Below, piece by piece: positions 57,897-64,000 of a stretch of 64,000 nucleotides of DNA; position 1 is the first letter of the stretch, and the number at the start of each line of letters is the position of its first letter. Made by a program: the position numbers and the translations under genes. The notes under the pieces are model-generated. The model worked only from the letters and a program-made list of their open reading frames with translations. It was not told the DNA's origin and searched no databases. Source of the DNA: a virus (Duplodnaviria; Heunggongvirae; Uroviricota; Caudoviricetes); IMG/VR virus record IMGVR_UViG_3300042321_000183. The stretch is one strand, 5' to 3'.

Positions 57897-58086
57897 ATGT
57901 AGTTGTTTTTATTTGGTTTATTTGCAGATGGTTCCCATCGAAGGGAACACTGTACAGAATTTACTTGTACATGTCCATCTGTGTTAGAAGACTCCCCCAC
58001 TGGGATGTGGGGGGAACGTCTTCTGATTTTTTTATGCGAAACACCAGAGGTGTCAGTCTAAGAATACTATCCTTAGAGGGGCATTA
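57897..58086 (-). promoter_or_regulatory. Highly structured 190-nt intergenic region downstream of the candidate capsid gene
   Basis: It contains several GC-rich hairpins in an AT-rich genome: gttccc-atcgaa-gggaac (57921-57938), cccccac-tgggat-gtggggg flanked by gaagac/gtcttc (57992-58030), acacc-aga-ggtgt (58044-58056), ctaag-aatactatc-cttag (58060-58078). Confidence 0.35.
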
Positions 58087-59640
58087 TTAGAATTGAGGAA
58101 TTTCTTCAATCAATACTGTTCTAGATAAATCTTCAATGAATACATCACAACGATCCTTCATCCAAATCTCATATCCAGGGAACTTGTTCGCAGAACTCAT
58201 ACCTTGAGACTTAGCAAAGCCTAAGTGGTGACGAGTACCATCGATATAACCCCAAGTCATAGAAGGTGCACCCTTCATACGTACTTCACGAATATTATTG
58301 ATCATAGAACCATCAGACATTGGAGATACATCAAACACCATAAATACTGGAGTTGACTTCTTGTTCTGTCCAAATTCTAAATTTGTTTGAGGAAGGTCTA
58401 ACTCTTTCAAGTGGATTAATTCAACACGACCAGTCTCACGAGTTACCATTGCATCGAATGCAAAGTTGTAAGTGATGTGTTGTCCTTCTCCTTGCATGTA
58501 TCTGTTACCAGAATCAGCCATGAAAGTTAAGCCAGAATTCAAAGCATCTGTCTTTAAAGCTTGTTGGAATACGTCAAAGCCAGCTTCATTAGTGTACATT
58601 TTAACACGTCTGTCTTTAACATCCACACGTCTGTAGAATAAGTCACCAAATACAGAACGAATTAAGTTCGCAGTGAACTCACCTCTGTTGTACTGTACTA
58701 AGTTACCATTGTTACGCATTCTGTGATATACACCAGCAGAAGTACGCTTTAATTCTTGCTTAGAACCATTAGTCTTCACAGTTCCAGGACGAGCCCAGAT
58801 CATACGCTTAACTTTTAATTCTAACATAGACTTACGCATCCAGAACTCAATAAATGGTTCCCACTTAACATCATTACGAGTTAAAGGTAATTGGTTACGT
58901 CTTTGAGGAGCGTATACTAAGATATCCAATGGATTACCTTTTGTATCTCTCATCATCTTATCATCAGCCCACTCAGTGATTTTGTGCTCATAACCATATG
59001 CAGAACCTAAAGATTCAAACATTGTGATTTGCTCACCTAAACGAGGAAGACCTAATAAGTCTTGATCGAATTCACCAATTGCAGCATCAACTAATTCTAG
59101 TTCGATACCCACTTGTAAGAATGTAGCACTTACGAAATCTACTGTAGGATTGTCACTCACCAAAGTGAAAGTGTATAAGAAACCTACGTTCCAAGGAACA
59201 GGATCTTTTACTACGTAGAAACGAGGACCATACTGACGAGTACCTACAGAAATAATTGCATTCTTAGAGAACTCATTAGTATCAATAATCAATTGGAATT
59301 CTTGACCATCAATACCAGGTTTGTTTAATTCTAATGTGCTTGTAGGAACATCAATGATTTTTGGGAATTTGTAAGGAACTTGTACTTGCCATTTCCAAGC
59401 ATCACTGTTGTTATCAATATAGTAAGGAGTAGACTTGTTGATCATGTCTAAGAAGTCATTACTATAAAGAGAACTCTGAGTGTACAAACTGATAATCTTC
59501 TTATCATAGTCTGCAGGCTCTGTAGAGTGAAAGCTCTCTAAATGGTTTGCATCAGTTAACTTACCTACTGCACGCTTATCCATAGAAGCGACACGAGCAT
59601 AAGTAAATCCAGTTAAACCTGGAATTGTTTGAATTGCCAT
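58087..59640 (-). CDS. Candidate major capsid protein (517 aa)
   Basis: Its size and position (portal-like, then small protein, then acidic scaffold-like, then this ORF) follow the canonical head-module order. It is followed by a structured intergenic region. There is no direct motif evidence. Confidence 0.4.
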   Translation of the reverse strand: MAIQTIPGLTGFTYARVASMDKRAVGKLTDANHLESFHSTEPADYDKKIISLYTQSSLYSNDFLDMINKSTPYYIDNNSDAWKWQVQVPYKFPKIIDVPTSTLELNKPGIDGQEFQLIIDTNEFSKNAIISVGTRQYGPRFYVVKDPVPWNVGFLYTFTLVSDNPTVDFVSATFLQVGIELELVDAAIGEFDQDLLGLPRLGEQITMFESLGSAYGYEHKITEWADDKMMRDTKGNPLDILVYAPQRRNQLPLTRNDVKWEPFIEFWMRKSMLELKVKRMIWARPGTVKTNGSKQELKRTSAGVYHRMRNNGNLVQYNRGEFTANLIRSVFGDLFYRRVDVKDRRVKMYTNEAGFDVFQQALKTDALNSGLTFMADSGNRYMQGEGQHITYNFAFDAMVTRETGRVELIHLKELDLPQTNLEFGQNKKSTPVFMVFDVSPMSDGSMINNIREVRMKGAPSMTWGYIDGTRHHLGFAKSQGMSSANKFPGYEIWMKDRCDVFIEDLSRTVLIEEIPQF

Positions 59641-59675
59641 TGTTATACTTTTTTAATTTTTGTTATATAAATTTG

Positions 59676-60959
59676 TTATTGAAACCAAGAAGAAGTAGGT
59701 CTAGCTGACTGTTTAGATTTCACTGAACTCTTCTGGGCTTGTCTGGCAACCTCACCAAATAATTCATTAGACTTTTTGGTGATACCTGTCTTTTGAATAG
59801 TAGATAGTGTAGGATCTTTCTCAATGATTTTCATCAATAGAGCAAGTTTGACCTTCTTCTCATGATTCTCAGGACGTTTCAGCTCCAGTATAGTACGATC
59901 AAAGTCTGTGAGAGTTTCTCCAGATGCTGTCTTGTACTTGTCTGTTACTAGGAAATCTTGTAGTTCACCAGCTAATTTAGGGTTAATTGGTATGCCATCA
60001 AATTCTTTAGCTTTAATCTTCTCTTGTAAAACATTGTTTACATTCTGTAAGTATTGTTGCTTGATGGCTTGTTGCTGTTGTAATTGAGCTTGTTTATCTT
60101 GCTCTAATTGTTGAAGCTTTGACGCTTCCTTTTTTATCAAGACTTTGTGGTGTTTAGCAGCAACAGTTTCTAAGTCACCATAATTTTTAAGTCTTTCAAT
60201 CTCTGTTGTAACATCTTCAGGCTCAAATCCTTGATCTGTCAATGCTTGTTTAATAACAGCAACTTGATTACTCTCATCGCTTAAATCCATATCAGAGAAA
60301 GATTGGATTTGATTATATGCACTAAAGTAGTCTTTTGGACTAACTCCTTTTACAAATATGGCATCAAATGCTTCTTGATAATCTTCTCCAAACTGACCAA
60401 TGAAGTTGTTTACTATTTCAATAGCTCCCTTTTTCTTCTCTGCTTGGAACTTTTCCAAGAAAGCTTCAGGGCTATCAATAACTGTTTCTTCTTCATCTTC
60501 GTCTTGTGAAAAGACACCTAGTTTTAAAAGATCTTTTGATAAAGCTTCGAATTGGTTAGGAACTGCTTCTTCACCATCTTCACCATCTTCATTACTATCT
60601 TCTTGATTATCAGCACCTTTTGCAACTGGTTTTTTATCTGTTGCAGGAGCGTCATCATCTTCTTCAGCATCTTCATCATCTTCATCTCCATATAAGAAAC
60701 TTTGAATGTCCTTTACAGGAGCTTCTTCTTTCTTATCATCTTCTGGAGCAGGAGCTGATGTAGCTGGTTGTTTAGAAGTAGTTTTCTTTGTGGATGCAGG
60801 TGTAGGTTCATCTTTAATATCCTGAATGTCATCAGGGTTAGATGTAGCACTATCAGGAGATAACAAGTCATTTAATAACTCTTGACTTCCCATTCCCATA
60901 TCCATAGTATCTTGAATACTAAAATTACCCATTTGGGGCATATCTAGATTTTCAGCCAT
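59676..60959 (-). CDS. Candidate scaffolding protein (427 aa, highly acidic, coiled-coil)
   Basis: It has long D/E runs (EDDEDAEEDDDAPATDKK, EDSNEDGEDGEE), is predicted helical and sits immediately upstream of the capsid candidate. Confidence 0.4.
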   Translation of the reverse strand: MAENLDMPQMGNFSIQDTMDMGMGSQELLNDLLSPDSATSNPDDIQDIKDEPTPASTKKTTSKQPATSAPAPEDDKKEEAPVKDIQSFLYGDEDDEDAEEDDDAPATDKKPVAKGADNQEDSNEDGEDGEEAVPNQFEALSKDLLKLGVFSQDEDEEETVIDSPEAFLEKFQAEKKKGAIEIVNNFIGQFGEDYQEAFDAIFVKGVSPKDYFSAYNQIQSFSDMDLSDESNQVAVIKQALTDQGFEPEDVTTEIERLKNYGDLETVAAKHHKVLIKKEASKLQQLEQDKQAQLQQQQAIKQQYLQNVNNVLQEKIKAKEFDGIPINPKLAGELQDFLVTDKYKTASGETLTDFDRTILELKRPENHEKKVKLALLMKIIEKDPTLSTIQKTGITKKSNELFGEVARQAQKSSVKSKQSARPTSSWFQ

Positions 60960-61078
60960 ATGTAGTTGAGTTTTAATTGGTTTTGTATGTAAAAGTAAAG
61001 TAACTTAAGTTAATAGCAAAGAGAGGAGCCTTTATATTGACCATTATTCAATATAATATAGCATTAATATTTTTTACT

Positions 61079-61609
61079 CTAATCTAATTTGTTAAGAAAG
61101 TTGTCATTTATAAACCTATAACTTCTGATTGGGGCAAGGTCTGTAAGTGTAACTTGTTGAACCTCAACTCCCCATTTCCTAGCTTCCACTCTAACTTTCT
61201 TTGTCAAAGTGTTGTCAAGTTCCTGATCTGTACATTCCTCCATGGTCATTGACATAATAACGTTTTTTATTATACTTTGAGACATGTCTGACAATGCATC
61301 TTGTGCATCAAATACCTCAAGTAGGAATATCTTTACATCAGCTATCTTGTATTTTACAACTCCCTTGACAACAATGTTTTGTTTGTCCAAGGTGTATAAA
61401 GATTGAGCATCAAGACTAAGGGTAGTTGTTACTACATGGTGATCTATCACCTCATCAAACAAAGGAATCTTAAAATGTAGTCCAGGTTCAAGAACACTGT
61501 AGAATTTTCCACACCTTAGTAATACAGCTCCTTCATAGTCTCTGACAATAATAACTGGAGTTAGTTGTAACCACCAGTTAGTTATTATCTCAATCAGTTT
61601 ATCAAACAT
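61079..61609 (-). CDS. Hypothetical 176-aa protein between the portal-like and scaffold-like genes
   Basis: It overlaps the upstream gene by 1 nt. Confidence 0.5.
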   Translation of the reverse strand: MFDKLIEIITNWWLQLTPVIIVRDYEGAVLLRCGKFYSVLEPGLHFKIPLFDEVIDHHVVTTTLSLDAQSLYTLDKQNIVVKGVVKYKIADVKIFLLEVFDAQDALSDMSQSIIKNVIMSMTMEECTDQELDNTLTKKVRVEARKWGVEVQQVTLTDLAPIRSYRFINDNFLNKLD

Positions 61610-64000
61610 TATTTAGGTTTTTTAGCAGCTCTACCCTTGGCATTTTCCTTAGCAATAGCTAAATCATTTGCTTGGTTTTCTCTAGCCACTTGTAATTTTT
61701 CTCTTTCAACTTCAAGTTTTTGTGAAGCCATCCTATTCTTAGATTGAATATCAGCCATCTTGCTTTGATAATCTTTTATAGCTTTTGATTCCTCTGTAGC
61801 TAACTTATTGATTTCCAATACATCAGGAACACCAGAAGCATCTTCATCACTCAATGGTCCCATGTTCTTAGCCTCTGCTGCAATAAGAGCAATTTCTTTT
61901 TTATTGATTCTATCAAGCTCAGCTTGATAATTATCATTAGCAATCTTCTCAGCTTGTTGTTGTTGAAGTAATTGCAGTTGAGCTTCAGCTTGTTGCTGTT
62001 GTTGGTCTAATTGTTGTTGTTGTTGTTGTAACTTAGTAACTTCCAATTCTTCTTGTCTGCTCTTAAGAGTTTTGAACACCTTCTTCATCTGACGAATAGA
62101 GTTAGTGCTATAAAGCTCAATGATGTCATGTAATGAACCACCATTTTGTAGAACAGCTTGAGACAAACCTCTAATTTCATTAAACATTTGCTTATCTTCA
62201 GGTCTGTTAGTCAAGAATATTTTTAAATCTCTAAAACGTAAGTCTGAACCATTTACAGAAACAAATGCAGATTCTCCTTCAGAATTTACATAAGAAATAG
62301 TAGATTGTGGTTTAGAACTTTCTACATATAAAGCAGCATCAATAATAGATTGATATAATTGACCCATGATATATTCATGAGCTACAAATAAAGGTTCTGT
62401 CTGAGCATAAGATTGTGTAATGGCTGCATTGGTTGCTGTAGCTGATTCACTAGCTTGTATAGCACCAAGTCTTTGTCTTGACATACCTATTAATTCCCAA
62501 CACTCATTCTTAAGTTGTTGTGCTAGAGTGTATCTTGCTTGGATCTCCTGCGTACGTGTAAGGTCTAAGCTAGTGTATTGATTAAATGAGCTTGGGCTCT
62601 TTAAGTTTTCTGGACTATCATCCACAAATACTACACCTCTGTTACGAGCTTCCATTTCCCAAATGTCAAGAGCATCTTGAGCATCTCCATCTTTAGGAAT
62701 AGGAATATGTCTAATAGACATTAACTGAACCTTACCTACTTCCTTCTCAAGTAATTTATATAACTGGTTCATACACACATTATATAAAACTTGGAAAGGC
62801 TTCATCATATCTACAAGACTCTTAGCCTCTGTGTTCTTCACTTCAAACGTTTGACCTATGATAGGACAATAAGGTAATAAGTTATAAGGTTTGACATGAT
62901 AGATATCTGGACCAATTTTAACACCTTGATACCATTGGTTAATCCAACCCCACTCTAAAGACTGTTGTGTAGGAAGCATTCCAGATTTATAGTTTTCATC
63001 TACAAGTTGAGACTGTTCATTACCCATCTCATCTAAGTAAATAACTTTACCTATCTTCTTTTTAGAAATCCAATAAGATCTTACTACAACATACTTATAA
63101 CCAAAAGAGCTTACATTAGATGTAAGTCCTAAGAAGTCCTGAAGACCATCATCATTCTGTTTCATCTCAGACTCAATAATCATTCTAGTCTGTAAGACTA
63201 ATGGGTCAAATGTATCGTATTGAATAGATTCATTACCAGGAATAGCATTAGGATTGCCCAAGTTAGATTCACGTACATTGATCAATCCATAGTCTTGTAA
63301 TGAACTACGTAAGTGATCAATCTCATCTTTAGTTAAGTCTGGGATAGATTCAATAATCTCAGACAATTCCATAACTTGTACAATACCAGCAGCATATGCA
63401 CCTTGTGCACGACCTGTAGGATCAGATATCCATTTTCTATCAGGAGTAGTTAAGAACCAAGTGTTCTTAGGATTAGCCACCTCAACGTTAAATCCAAGCT
63501 TAGAGTTATCTTCATATATGTGAAAGAACTCTCTAGCAGAAATTAAAAGATCTCTAAAAGAGTCTTCTCCTTTCTCCTTTAAATTAAACTCAGCCTTCTG
63601 AGCTGTAAGAATATGGTTTGCCCACTTTTCTGCTGTAGATGTATAAGAGTCTAATTCATCTTTAACTTGATCTAAAGTCATTTGATTTAATTCTTCCTCT
63701 TCAATCTCTTCTCCATTCATAGCAGCCTTTTCTAATATCTTTCTCTTGGCTGTATTAACTACATAATCATTTAACATTTGAGTTTTAAACTCAAGCTCTT
63801 CAGCTTTACTATCATCATCAAATGCTTTGACACGAAATGCGTCAGGTCTCTTAGAGATTTCTCCTACTAACTCGTTAATAGGAGTGGTCATTATAGAATA
63901 ATGTTTTACATAGGCAGGAAGAGCTAAATCTGCTGTGAGCACATCTGTAAAACTTCTTACTTCTGGTTCTTGATAAAAATCTTCTCTTCTTAGAATACCT
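61609..64000 (-). CDS. Candidate portal protein, 5'-partial (the ORF stays open to the window end; the listed start at 63942 is an in-frame GTG)
   Basis: The frame is open upstream through 64000 (...GILRREDFYQEPEVRSFTDV-LTADLALP...). It is a protein of more than 790 aa with a Gln-rich C-terminal coiled coil (QQQQQQLDQQQQQAEAQLQLLQQQQ) at the head of the head module. Portal identity is inferred from position and size only. Confidence 0.4.
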   Translation of the reverse strand, partial: GILRREDFYQEPEVRSFTDVLTADLALPAYVKHYSIMTTPINELVGEISKRPDAFRVKAFDDDSKAEELEFKTQMLNDYVVNTAKRKILEKAAMNGEEIEEEELNQMTLDQVKDELDSYTSTAEKWANHILTAQKAEFNLKEKGEDSFRDLLISAREFFHIYEDNSKLGFNVEVANPKNTWFLTTPDRKWISDPTGRAQGAYAAGIVQVMELSEIIESIPDLTKDEIDHLRSSLQDYGLINVRESNLGNPNAIPGNESIQYDTFDPLVLQTRMIIESEMKQNDDGLQDFLGLTSNVSSFGYKYVVVRSYWISKKKIGKVIYLDEMGNEQSQLVDENYKSGMLPTQQSLEWGWINQWYQGVKIGPDIYHVKPYNLLPYCPIIGQTFEVKNTEAKSLVDMMKPFQVLYNVCMNQLYKLLEKEVGKVQLMSIRHIPIPKDGDAQDALDIWEMEARNRGVVFVDDSPENLKSPSSFNQYTSLDLTRTQEIQARYTLAQQLKNECWELIGMSRQRLGAIQASESATATNAAITQSYAQTEPLFVAHEYIMGQLYQSIIDAALYVESSKPQSTISYVNSEGESAFVSVNGSDLRFRDLKIFLTNRPEDKQMFNEIRGLSQAVLQNGGSLHDIIELYSTNSIRQMKKVFKTLKSRQEELEVTKLQQQQQQLDQQQQQAEAQLQLLQQQQAEKIANDNYQAELDRINKKEIALIAAEAKNMGPLSDEDASGVPDVLEINKLATEESKAIKDYQSKMADIQSKNRMASQKLEVEREKLQVARENQANDLAIAKENAKGRAAKKPK

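Noticed and set aside
57915-57945. tRNA-like T-arm (ggttccc-atcgaa-gggaacc)
   Set aside because: There is only a single hairpin. No acceptor, D or anticodon arms can be drawn around it, and the loop is 6 nt rather than the 7-nt T-loop. I treated it as part of the structured intergenic region instead.

Overview
This 64 kb window is AT-rich (roughly 35% GC by eye) and reads as a contiguous piece of a large dsDNA bacteriophage genome. The host and phage family are inferred, not demonstrated: a Bacteroidota-type host and a crAss-like/podovirus-like module are suggested by the lack of Shine-Dalgarno spacing, the 1-nt overlap gene chaining, the Ser/Thr collagen-like fibers and a block of very large 'cargo' proteins.

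There are two transcriptional blocks.

(A) A five-gene + strand cassette from 1 to 5021 (the first gene runs off the 5' window edge). All genes overlap by ATGA. It encodes a GT25-like(?) glycosyltransferase, a GT2 (GT-A fold), a GT4 (GT-B fold), an HxD..H oxygenase-like protein and a GT9-like (heptosyltransferase-fold) glycosyltransferase.

(B) A long - strand operon from 5014 to 64000 whose last gene runs off the 3' window edge. In transcription order (descending coordinates) it contains:
- a portal-like protein, an acidic scaffold-like protein and a candidate major capsid protein (517 aa);
- several small structural proteins, a phage tail-collar (HxH) protein and a BNR/Asp-box beta-propeller protein;
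- three collagen-like (Gly-X-Y, X/Y = Ser/Thr/Asp/Asn) fiber proteins, two of them with a C-terminal peptidase-S74 intramolecular-chaperone domain;
- a calcineurin-like metallophosphoesterase;
- a run of giant proteins of 1853, 1055, 958, 864, 4145 and 1744 aa;
- a prolyl-4-hydroxylase-like 2OG-Fe(II) oxygenase placed immediately after the fiber genes.

The 4145-aa ORF carries an HExxH zincin motif and a DFDID (DxDxD) motif, so it is a candidate fused virion-packaged RNA polymerase/cargo protein.

The most interesting hypothesis is a phage-encoded post-translational modification system for collagen-like tail fibers. Two hydroxylase-like 2OG oxygenases and four glycosyltransferases flank fibers made of G-S/T-S/T triplets, and one fiber also has a genuine Gly-Pro-Gln/Gly-Pro-Thr collagen stretch.

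No rRNA, tRNA, CRISPR array, integrase or transposase was recognised. Two convincing rho-independent terminators lie on the - strand.
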